From Chitinivibrionales bacterium (lineage in GTDB: Bacteria; Fibrobacterota; Chitinivibrionia; Chitinivibrionales; FEN-1185): a stretch of 64,000 nucleotides of DNA. Position 1 is the stretch's first letter. Each line of letters opens with the position of its first letter. Where the stretch lies: assembly GCA_035516255.1 (NCBI GenBank), contig DATJAL010000016.1, positions 80,629-144,628 of the forward strand, given 5' to 3'. The notes under the pieces are model-generated. The model searched no databases, was not told the DNA's origin, and saw nothing but the letters and a program-made list of their open reading frames with translations. Both the position numbers and the translations under genes were made by a program. Positions 48,276-56,743 of the stretch are shown here, one piece after another.

Positions 48276-50702
48276 TTAGTTTGTCGCTTTTTCTTTTCTT
48301 TCGCTCCGCCAACCCCAGACGCCCAGCGCAAGCGTCAGCAGCAAGGAAATCAGGGACAGTACCAGGCCTTTTTTGAAAACATCTTCCGAGAAATAACAAA
48401 CCACTTTGTGGCTCCCCTTTTCAACGGGTATCGCCCGCAATGCGTAATCCGCCCTGAGGACCGGCGCGGGCTTTCCGTCAACCGTTGCTTTCCACGACGG
48501 ATAATCTATTTCGCTTAAAACCAGCAGCCCGTTTTTCGCGCTTGTCACTTCCAAGTCGATTTTATTAAGGGAATAATCCGTGATATCGCATTTCCACGCG
48601 GTGTCGGCGCCCAGCGTGTCCATGGCAAGCGCCGGTTTTTCTTCGAGCACTACGGCCTTCTTATAATCGAAGGATGAGTCATACAGAAGGGGCAGTATCT
48701 TGCTTTCGTCCTGCTCGACCGCATACCCGTACACCATCCTTGCGCGCGGGAAGTACGTCGGGTTGAGCGCGAGGCTCATGGACCGGCGCTGCTCGTCCAC
48801 CGCGATCTTGAACTTGACATTGAGGATATCCAGCGTCCGGTCTTTGCGGTTGACGAGCTGGCGCTTGAGCCGCAGCGGGTTGTATCCCTCCATGAGGAAC
48901 AGACGGTGCACGCTCCCCTGGTTCTTGCGGAACGCCATATACTGGCCGCCCAGGTCGTCGGTGCCCGGGTTCGAGCTGCGCGAGTTGATCCTGAAATATT
49001 CCGTTTTTTCCATTTCCTGGAGCTGCCGCACGGTTTCGGTCTTGGCATACATCACGGCCGGGTCAATGGTGCCCGATGCATAGCCCATGCCGAATGCCAT
49101 GAAATCGAGCGCGGCAAGGCACACAAGCAGGACCGCCGCGGTTTTCGCCGACAGTTTCCCGCGCAGGCGCGCCACCAGGATGCCGGCGGAAAAAACGGCG
49201 AGCGCGACAAACACCCACAGGCCCTTGAGCAGGGCGGGGTATATCTGTCTGTCAACATAGTTCGCGATGCCCCGGCCGTCTGACCCGAACCTTCCGTTGG
49301 CAAGGATGAAATCCACGATCCCGCTTTTAAAAGCGCCGGTTGCCGCGATCACTCCCCACGCAAGGCAGATGCCTGCCGTAACCAAGAGCGCGCGTTCGAG
49401 CAGCTTTTTGCGCTTTGCATCTTCCTTTGAAACGCTTTCCTGCAACCAGGTGAGGCCGAGCCCGGCAAGCAGCGACACCGACAGCGAAAAGAAAAAAGCA
49501 AACCGGCCCGGGATGCGGAACGCGTTGAACGCAGGCAGGAATTTAAACGCGATAAAGTAGAGGAAAAATGAATTTCCCATGGCGAGCAGAAAGCTCAGCA
49601 CCGCCATGATGGAAAGAAAAACCGTGAGCGGCGTGCGCACGAAGAACGGCGCGATCGCGGCGAGCGCCAGCGACACCGTTCCCGCGTACATGGCTGTTTC
49701 CCAGTAGTTGTGCGCCCCGCCGTTTACGTCTTTTTCGGAAATTCCCCAGTATGCATTTTTCTGGGGCGTGCCGAAGTAGTTGGGAACCAGCAGCGTGACA
49801 AATCGGTAGGGACGAAACGACCCCTCGCACGATTCGGAAAATGCAAGCTTGGGCCTCACCGAATTTTTCGCGAGCTCCTCCGTGGGCAGAAACTGCACCG
49901 ATCCCATGCCGATGCCGAGCGCCACGAGCCCGGCAAACAGCACGGCGCGCTTTACTTCCGCGAGCGGTTTTGTTTTCTCCCTGATGCGCACCACGAGGCC
50001 GTATAGGTAGTAGGCGGCGAGCCAGTAATACATGTACACCATAAGCTGCGGATATCCACACAGAAACACGACGGTGAGCACGAGCGCGGTGAGCGCCGCG
50101 TACCGCAGGCTCGTGCGGTCGATGGTCCGCTTGAACAGGAGAATTACCAGCGGGAACCACGCCGCGGCATGGACTAGGTTTTCGTGAAAAATGTGGGTGG
50201 TGAAAAATCCGCACAGCATGAAGGTAACGCCCGCGAGAAGACCGCCGCTTTTGCTCGCGCCGTACTCCCGGGCCAGCAGGTACATGAAGCAGCCTGCCAT
50301 GGCGATGTGAAAAACAATCTGGTATTCCACGAGAATCGGGCTGAGCCAGTCTTTTGTCGCAAAGGGCGTGAGCACGAGGTTGAGCGGATACAGCACCGCG
50401 GCCTGCACGTCGGCAAAAAACGGCATGCCCGAAAACACGTACGGGTTCCAGAACGGCATCACACCCTGCTTGAGCCACACGGCCGCGAAGAGCCGGTATA
50501 CGAAGTTCTGCTCTAGAAAATCGTTCCACAGGAAGCCTTTACAGACCAGAATGGGCCAGTAATACACGGCGGTGAGGAGGATCAGGATGCCGAGGGGAAT
50601 GAATGGCTTCCAGGAAAACAAGGATTTTTGTTTTAAGGATGATTCTTTTTGGGAGTCACGCGTTTTGGGTTTGACGATTTTAATCTTTTTCGATGTATCC
50701 AT
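48276..50702 (-). CDS. YfhO-family polytopic membrane protein (putative glycosyltransferase)
   Basis: 808 aa with more than 12 TM helices in the N-terminal two-thirds and a large C-terminal extracytoplasmic domain with a final TM. Size and layout are typical of YfhO. Confidence 0.7.
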   Translation of the reverse strand: MDTSKKIKIVKPKTRDSQKESSLKQKSLFSWKPFIPLGILILLTAVYYWPILVCKGFLWNDFLEQNFVYRLFAAVWLKQGVMPFWNPYVFSGMPFFADVQAAVLYPLNLVLTPFATKDWLSPILVEYQIVFHIAMAGCFMYLLAREYGASKSGGLLAGVTFMLCGFFTTHIFHENLVHAAAWFPLVILLFKRTIDRTSLRYAALTALVLTVVFLCGYPQLMVYMYYWLAAYYLYGLVVRIREKTKPLAEVKRAVLFAGLVALGIGMGSVQFLPTEELAKNSVRPKLAFSESCEGSFRPYRFVTLLVPNYFGTPQKNAYWGISEKDVNGGAHNYWETAMYAGTVSLALAAIAPFFVRTPLTVFLSIMAVLSFLLAMGNSFFLYFIAFKFLPAFNAFRIPGRFAFFFSLSVSLLAGLGLTWLQESVSKEDAKRKKLLERALLVTAGICLAWGVIAATGAFKSGIVDFILANGRFGSDGRGIANYVDRQIYPALLKGLWVFVALAVFSAGILVARLRGKLSAKTAAVLLVCLAALDFMAFGMGYASGTIDPAVMYAKTETVRQLQEMEKTEYFRINSRSSNPGTDDLGGQYMAFRKNQGSVHRLFLMEGYNPLRLKRQLVNRKDRTLDILNVKFKIAVDEQRRSMSLALNPTYFPRARMVYGYAVEQDESKILPLLYDSSFDYKKAVVLEEKPALAMDTLGADTAWKCDITDYSLNKIDLEVTSAKNGLLVLSEIDYPSWKATVDGKPAPVLRADYALRAIPVEKGSHKVVCYFSEDVFKKGLVLSLISLLLTLALGVWGWRSERKEKATN

Positions 50703-50819
50703 GTGTCATCCCGGAATGATTGTCCTGTTAATTTCTATGATAAAATATAAATAATAACTGGATAATATCTGGAGCGGAGTTTAATAATGAGGAATTATTA
50801 TCCTGCTTGATTTGTCGAT

Positions 50820-50867
50820 GACCTTACCCCGGCCCTCCGGGCCACCCCTCTCCGAATCGGAGAGGGG
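50820..50867. repeat. Hairpin repeat, family A
   Basis: GACCTTACCCCGG...CCACCCCTCTCC-GAATCG-GAGAGGGG. Confidence 0.7.
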
Positions 50868-51127
50868 AAAAATCATTACTATATCCATTCACCCGGGGCG
50901 TTGCCCTGGGTTACAAGTATTTCGCCCCTACGGGGCTTAGAAGAACAGATTTCGGCTGTCAGCCAAGAAAGACCTGATCCTTTATCTTTAACGGTATTTT
51001 TTAGGTAAAGGATTCAGTCTTTTCTTTTCTATGAAATAATGGCGGCGGCGTTGCTTCAACGCCGCCTACAACCGCTGAATCGCCCAACTGCTATATGGAT
51101 TTGTCAATAGAAGGACCGGCGCCAGGG

Positions 51128-51221
51128 AGAGGGTATGGGTGCGGATCGCCGGCGCGCCTGTAGCGTTTTCGGTTTTTCTTAAGGCGCGCCGGAAGCCGCA
51201 CCCTAGGGGGAGACCTCCCCC
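51128..51221. repeat. Module E long hairpin repeat
   Basis: GGGTGCGGATCGCCGGCGCGCC (51137-51158), a T-rich loop, GGCGCGCCGGAAGCCGCACCC (51183-51203), then GGGGGAGACCTCCCCC. Homologous to 54418-54507 with paired differences. Confidence 0.75.
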
Positions 51222-51231
51222 TCCAGATGAT

Positions 51232-51672
51232 TTACTTATTCTTTTTCTTCGAAAACACCCAGTAATGCCCCAGCACGAAATTGACAACCGCGCCGCAGGC
51301 GATGCCGATGAGGTTGGAGACGTGCTTGTCGGAAACCCGCACCAGCGGAAGCGAATAGTGGACGTGCAGCACGCCGGTGAACAGCACGAGCAGGCCCCAG
51401 TTGACCACCATGGCGGTAAGGCCCGAGGAGAGGTGGAACTTGAACATCATGTACAGAAACGATCGCTTGCTCCCGGTTTTGCGGTCCTTCCAGGTCCAGA
51501 AGTAATTCCAGAGGAAATTGTTGATCACCGCGCATTCGATGGCGCAGATGCTCGCGATGCGGTAATCGATGCGGGCGTAATCGGCGAACAAGAAAAAGAG
51601 CCCGGCGTTGACCACCACGCCGCTGCCGCCCACGATGCCGAATTTTACAAAGCGGAAAAGTTGAGAGGTCAT
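51232..51672 (-). CDS. GtrA-family membrane protein
   Basis: The ATG at 51672 is preferred. FRFVKFGIVGGSGVVVNAGLFFL plus four TM helices is typical of GtrA/GtcA. Confidence 0.8.
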   Translation of the reverse strand: MTSQLFRFVKFGIVGGSGVVVNAGLFFLFADYARIDYRIASICAIECAVINNFLWNYFWTWKDRKTGSKRSFLYMMFKFHLSSGLTAMVVNWGLLVLFTGVLHVHYSLPLVRVSDKHVSNLIGIACGAVVNFVLGHYWVFSKKKNK

Positions 51673-51686
51673 GGCGCGAAGCCGCC

Positions 51687-52448
51687 CTACGGGCATGTTC
51701 CCTGGGTGGTCCGCCAGTCAAGCTCCGCATGAATGTCGAGCCATGCCGCAAAGGTGGTCGGAAGCGTGTTAGGACAGATTTGATTGTTATCAATATATAA
51801 TGCAAGCTGGCTTAGTGAAGAGACCGACTGCGGAAGCGTGGTCAGGGAATTATTGTTGACGGAAAGCCGCTGAAGGTTGGTGAGGTTTGAAACCGTCGCC
51901 GGAATATCGGTAAGACTGTTGTAATCGAGACCAAGATCGGTAAGCGAGGTCATGTTCCAAAGCTCTGCCGGGAGTGAAGAAACGGCGTTGTGTGACAGGA
52001 TGAGCGCGCCAAGTGAATGCAATTTGCTGATTCCCGCTGGCAACGTGGTGAGCTGGTTGCTGGAAAGCTGTATCCTAACCAGCGAGGTGCAATTCCAAAT
52101 CTGGGACGGAAGCGCGGTGAGGCTGTTGGTGTCGAGTCGAATGGTTTCGAGCGCGGTGAGCTCGCCGATGCGCGAAGGAATGGTGGTGATCCCCTTGTTT
52201 TGGAGCGTCAGCTCCTTGATGCGGTGAATGTTCCCGTTCACGAGCGTCATGACCAGGATCGTGGGGCTGCCGGCGGAGATCGTTGTAAGGCCGTTGGCGT
52301 CGAGGATTGCCCTCAGGGCAAGCGTGTCGGAATAATCGAAGACGGTTCCCGGTTGGTTCCCTCCGGGATTGGTCCCCTTGTTTTTCCCGCAGGAAAGCGC
52401 AAGCAGCAGGACGCATGCGCACAATCCGAACAGTTTCATCGTCTTCAT
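51687..52448 (-). CDS. Leucine-rich-repeat lipoprotein
   Basis: The ATG at 52448 gives a lipobox (LLLALSCG). There are about 8 tandem 23-aa LRRs (LxxLxLxxNxLtxLPxxi). Confidence 0.75.
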   Translation of the reverse strand: MKTMKLFGLCACVLLLALSCGKNKGTNPGGNQPGTVFDYSDTLALRAILDANGLTTISAGSPTILVMTLVNGNIHRIKELTLQNKGITTIPSRIGELTALETIRLDTNSLTALPSQIWNCTSLVRIQLSSNQLTTLPAGISKLHSLGALILSHNAVSSLPAELWNMTSLTDLGLDYNSLTDIPATVSNLTNLQRLSVNNNSLTTLPQSVSSLSQLALYIDNNQICPNTLPTTFAAWLDIHAELDWRTTQGTCP

Positions 52449-52639
52449 GGGGCGATCCTTTCCGTTGTAAAACGGTGTTCCGGCCCGGCGCCGGCCGGGC
52501 AATTTTTCTGTGGATAAAGATAATTTGCGTCCCGCGGTATTCCACAATAAAAAACGGCAGGGATTATTTTTCATTGATGATCGGCGCAATTCCTCTTTTG
52601 CCGCGTTTGCCGAATGCCTTTGGAAGGTGCTTTCGCTCC

Positions 52640-53521
52640 ATGGCGTGTTCCCGATTCACCTTTTTTATTATGGTCGCATGTTTTGCGGGGTGCGCAGGCC
52701 CCGCGGCAGCCGCCGACACGGCCCGCGCGCACGAAGCGGAATGGAGCAAACTCGAGCGCCAGGCCGAGTACCCGTCATGCTATTCAACCGGTTTCGTTGA
52801 TTCCATTGCCGCGGTAAAACACGTTTCTCCCGCGTTCAGCCTCCGCAGCTTCGACAGCCTGCCGTGGGCAAAGGGCGAGAAATTCGTATACGAGGTCGGC
52901 TGGGGACCGTTTTCCGCCGGGTATGTCATTCTCGAAACCGTTGTCGGCCCGGCCGACGGCCCGGTGGTCATGAGCGCAAAAGGATTGACAAACGGCTTTT
53001 TCAGCGCCATCTACAAGGTGCGCGACCAGATCCGCACCACCCTGGACGCCCGAGGGATCTATCCGTTCTTCTTTGAGCAGCACCTGCGCGAGGGCCGGTA
53101 CAAGGCCGACCGGTGGGAGATGGTCGACCAGGCACGCGCCAGGGTGTTCACGCATGACAATGACACCCAATCGTATGCCGCGCCGCAGTTCGTGCAGAAT
53201 TACTTTTCGCTCACCGCCTACGTGCGCGCGCTGTCGTTCGCGCCGCGCGACTCCTTTTTCATCGACTGCTTCATGCACAACCGGTCCTACCGGATCCTGT
53301 CGTACTGCGTCGAGCGCAAACCGATCCAGTCTCCGGCCGGCACCTTCAACTGCCTTCTGGTAAAGCCCGTGCTCGTGGGCGAGGGACGCGTGTTCAACAA
53401 GAAGGACGAAGTGCGGCTGTGGCTGACCAACGACGCGTACAAGATGCCGGTCATGGTGCAGGCCAACATCGCGCTGGGCACCATCACGGCGCGGCTGATC
53501 TGGTACGAAAGGAAGGATTGA
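52640..53521 (+). CDS. DUF3108-like secreted protein
   Basis: The ATG at 52640 gives a lipoprotein-type signal (FFIMVACFAGCAG). GEKFVYEVGWGPFSAGYVILE and the C-terminal ...MPVMVQANIALGTITARLI fit the DUF3108 pattern. Confidence 0.55.
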   Translation: MACSRFTFFIMVACFAGCAGPAAAADTARAHEAEWSKLERQAEYPSCYSTGFVDSIAAVKHVSPAFSLRSFDSLPWAKGEKFVYEVGWGPFSAGYVILETVVGPADGPVVMSAKGLTNGFFSAIYKVRDQIRTTLDARGIYPFFFEQHLREGRYKADRWEMVDQARARVFTHDNDTQSYAAPQFVQNYFSLTAYVRALSFAPRDSFFIDCFMHNRSYRILSYCVERKPIQSPAGTFNCLLVKPVLVGEGRVFNKKDEVRLWLTNDAYKMPVMVQANIALGTITARLIWYERKD

Positions 53522-54100
53522 GTGCCTCATTTCCTTCTCGCCCTCGACACCCGGCTCTTTCTTTTTTTCAACCATGCCATTGCCAACCCGGTGTTCGATG
53601 CCGTCTTCCCGGTGATCACCAACGGACGCTTCTGGATCATCCCCGGCGTGCTCGCGGCGTTCATTTTTATTTATTTCCAAAGGAGAAAGGCGCTCGTCGT
53701 CATCGCACTTTCGCTCCTCACGGTATCCGTGTCCGACCCGGTGTGCAACCGCGTGATCAAGCCGCTCGCGCCGCGCCTGCGGCCGTGCGACGCGCGCGTG
53801 CACGTCGAGGGCGGCCGGTTCCTCATCGGCATGAAAACGTCGCCGTCGTTCCCGTCGTCGCATGCCATGAACATGTTCGCCCAGGCAATGCTGTTCACAC
53901 TGCTTTACAGAAGGAAAAGGGTATGGATTACCGCGTTCGCGTTCGCGGCAGTGATCGCGTTTTCGAGGGTGTACGTGGGCGCGCATTATCCGTTTGACGT
54001 GCTGGCGGGGGCGATTTTCGGGGTGGTTGTAGGGGGTTTAATTTATTTAGGATACTTTTTTGTGATGAAGAAGTGGGATCCGGGGGTATTGAGAATTTAA
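53522..54100 (+). CDS. PAP2-superfamily phosphatase
   Basis: Motifs KP...RLRP, SFPSSHA and SRVYVGAHYPFDV (PAP2 C1-C3). Six TM helices. GTG start immediately after the upstream stop. Confidence 0.8.
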   Translation: MPHFLLALDTRLFLFFNHAIANPVFDAVFPVITNGRFWIIPGVLAAFIFIYFQRRKALVVIALSLLTVSVSDPVCNRVIKPLAPRLRPCDARVHVEGGRFLIGMKTSPSFPSSHAMNMFAQAMLFTLLYRRKRVWITAFAFAAVIAFSRVYVGAHYPFDVLAGAIFGVVVGGLIYLGYFFVMKKWDPGVLRI

Positions 54101-54116
54101 TTATTTATTAAAAAGT

Positions 54117-54510
54117 TGGGCGTTCCCCCGCTTCGCGGGGTCGGCCGTCCTTCCAGTCTCGCCTTCGGCCCGGGCTGCCACGGCGCGATGGCGCTGATGC
54201 GCCGGCGTCCGGGCAGCACCGCTCTCCAGAGCGGCCTCCAGTCCTGCCTAACGCGCGGGAATAAGTTCACTGCCGCATTTGTAAATCCCATCATGTCTAT
54301 CAGTGGGCTCTATTATTTATCTTCTTCCGCCGTGTAAAGCCCGCGCTGCCGCCGTCGCACCGCCAGCCACTAAATCTTTCCGCGAATCATGGGAGTATCG
54401 GCGCCAAAGAGGGGGTGTGGGTGCAGATCGCCGCCGCCTCCGGCATCTGCTTTTCTTTTTTGTGAAGGAGGCGGCGGAAGCTGCACCCCAGGGGGAGACT
54501 TCCCCCGCAT
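54117..54510. repeat. Composite GC-rich intergenic repeat (family B modules m1-m4 plus module E)
   Basis: This is the most complete copy. m1 is TTGGGCGTTCCCCCGCTTCGCGGGG, and m2, m3 and m4 follow. Module E follows: GGGTGCAGATCGCCGCCGCCTCC, a T-rich loop, GGAGGCGGCGGAAGCTGCACCC, then GGGGGAGACTTCCCCC. Confidence 0.8.
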
Positions 54511-54524
54511 TAATATTTTAGCGA

Positions 54525-56450
54525 TTATTGAACCTCAAGCTCCGCCTGCGCATCCACCACATCCCTATTGACAAGCACAAGCGATTCATGCATCCTGTCC
54601 GCGATGTAGGGATCGGGGATGGTGTCCCGCAGAGTGCGCAGGAGCTGCACGCTCATGCGCAGCACGCGCACGAGGTCGCCCTCGGGAACGCCGAACGACT
54701 CGAGCTGTGCGAGCGTGCAGCCGTTTGCCCAGGCGAACACCGGTGCGGCGAGCGCGAAATCGAGCTCGCGCACGGGCGCGTCGATGTTGTGGCGGAGCTC
54801 CTTGATGCGGAGTTTATGGATCACGCCTTCGGCTGCGAACCGCATCTTGACATCCGAGACAGGCCTGGCGTTGCGGCGCCGGCTCTCTTCGGTGATGAGC
54901 GCCGCGACCACCACGGGAAGCTGCGTGGCGGTGCATTCGTCGAAGCTGCGGGAATAATACAGCTCGCTGGCCTGGATCTCGTAGCCGTTCACGGCCATGG
55001 CGAGCCGCCCCTTGTCCGTGAGGTGGCGTCCGTCAAGGAACCCGGCCGACTGGAGGAACGCGATGCGGTTCTTTATCTGCTCCTCCTCCTGGCGGTAGGA
55101 GTGCGTGTAGGCGAAACGCCCTTTGCGGTAGTTGCGTAGGCTCCTCTGGAAAATCTCGAACGCGGCGTCGCCGTACTGGCTGTACAAGGCAAGAATCGTT
55201 GAGTATGACGCGAAGAACCTGCTCGAGATCACCTCGTTACGGCCGTGCCACAGCCGCTCCACCTGCGTGGGGTCGGTGGCCTCGGGGATGATCTGCGAAT
55301 ACACATAGCCCACGTCGTCCATGCCGCGGCGGCCGGCGCGGCCCGCCATCTGGTTGTACTGCCTTGTCATGAGGTAATTGAAGTCGACGCCGTCGAACTT
55401 TTCGAGCGTGTCGAAGATCACGGTACTGGCCGGCATGTTCACGCCGAGCGCGAACGTCTCGGTGCAGAACAGGAGCTTGATGAGTCCGGCGGAGAACAGC
55501 CGCTCCACGATCTCCTTTGCGGCCGGCAGGATGCCCGCGTGGTGGTAGGCAACTCCGGCCGCCCATAATTGCCGCATGTAAAGCAACCGGTCGTAGGAGG
55601 TGAGGCGGTACTGGGCCGCGAGGTCTTCCACCATGGCGGCGGAACGCGCCTGCTCGTCGGCAGAGAGCAGCTTGAGCCACGCGTGCATGTGCGCGTTGCG
55701 CTCGCACGCGTTGCGGTTGAAGCAGAAGTAGAGGATGGGATAATGCCCTGTGTCAAGCACATGCCGCACCACGCTGCGCGCCGACGGCTTCTTGCGCAGG
55801 AACGCCCGTCGCTGGTCGGGGTTCCTGCGGTAGAGCCCGGCCACCTGCTTGACGCTCATGATCTTGAATTTCGGGCTATACAAAAAATGTTTGAGCGGCA
55901 CGGGCCGGTGCGTCTCCTCGATCACGGTGACGTGCGAGCCGCGCACCGCCTCCATCCACTGCGCGAGCTCGTGGAGGTTGGGCACCGTGGCCGACAGGCA
56001 CATGAAGCGGATGTCGCGCGGCGCGAGGATGATGCTCTCCTCCCACACGGTGCCGCGTTCCGGATCGTCAAGGTAGTGGATCTCGTCGAACACGGTGTAG
56101 TACACGTCGGAAAGCCGCGGCGATCCTTCGAGGATGAGGTTGCGGAAAATCTCGGTGGTCATGATGAGGAGCCGCGCCTCGGGGTTCATGGTAACGTCCC
56201 CGGTGTGGATGCCCACCACCTCGTCGCCGAAGCGCTTCCTAAAGTCGCGGTACTTCTGGTTCGAGAGCGCCTTGATGGGCGCGGTGTAGATCACGCGCTT
56301 GCCGAGCTTCATGGAGGCCTCCACCGCGTACTCCGCGATGAGGGTCTTGCCGCAGCCCGTGGGCGCGGCCACGATGAGCGACTTTCCTTCGTCAATTGCC
56401 TGTACCGCTTTTTCCTGGAACGAGTCGAGGGCGAAACCGAGGTAGTTCAC
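54525..56450 (-). CDS. Ski2-like DEAD/DEAH-box RNA helicase (HelY/Mtr4-like)
   Basis: Motif I APTGCGKT, motif II DEIH, SAT, the helicase C block (..TETFALGVNMPA..., QMAGRAGRRG) and a DSHCT-like C-terminus (EGDLVRVLRMSVQLLRTL). Confidence 0.85.
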   Translation of the reverse strand: MNYLGFALDSFQEKAVQAIDEGKSLIVAAPTGCGKTLIAEYAVEASMKLGKRVIYTAPIKALSNQKYRDFRKRFGDEVVGIHTGDVTMNPEARLLIMTTEIFRNLILEGSPRLSDVYYTVFDEIHYLDDPERGTVWEESIILAPRDIRFMCLSATVPNLHELAQWMEAVRGSHVTVIEETHRPVPLKHFLYSPKFKIMSVKQVAGLYRRNPDQRRAFLRKKPSARSVVRHVLDTGHYPILYFCFNRNACERNAHMHAWLKLLSADEQARSAAMVEDLAAQYRLTSYDRLLYMRQLWAAGVAYHHAGILPAAKEIVERLFSAGLIKLLFCTETFALGVNMPASTVIFDTLEKFDGVDFNYLMTRQYNQMAGRAGRRGMDDVGYVYSQIIPEATDPTQVERLWHGRNEVISSRFFASYSTILALYSQYGDAAFEIFQRSLRNYRKGRFAYTHSYRQEEEQIKNRIAFLQSAGFLDGRHLTDKGRLAMAVNGYEIQASELYYSRSFDECTATQLPVVVAALITEESRRRNARPVSDVKMRFAAEGVIHKLRIKELRHNIDAPVRELDFALAAPVFAWANGCTLAQLESFGVPEGDLVRVLRMSVQLLRTLRDTIPDPYIADRMHESLVLVNRDVVDAQAELEVQ

Positions 56451-56554
56451 GATGCGTACCGCCGAATCAGGATGATAAGAGGTGAGAGGAAAAATATGTC
56501 ATATCATGCGTCAATTACAATCGCCTTATAAAAGCAATCCTAAAATAAAATCCG

Positions 56555-56707
56555 GGAGTTTCCCCGCTTCGCGGGGCCGGGCAGCACCGCGCCCCGGCGC
56601 GGCCTCCAGTCGCGCCTAACGCGCGATATAATTTTCTTTCCGCAAGTTAAACGTTCAGGTCTTTTCCCCTCTCCGATTCGGAGAGGGGCCGGGGGTGAGG
56701 TCTGAAC
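56555..56707. repeat. Family B (m1, m3, m4) followed by a family A hairpin
   Basis: CCCCGCTTCGCGGGG, then CGGGCAGCACCGCGCCCCGGCGCGGCCTCCAG, then TCGCGCCTAACGCGCG, then CCCCTCTCCGATTCGGAGAGGGGCCGGGGGTGAGG (56666-56700). Confidence 0.75.
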
Positions 56708-56743
56708 AATCAAATAAAAGTCAACTTTTAACCTTTAATATTT

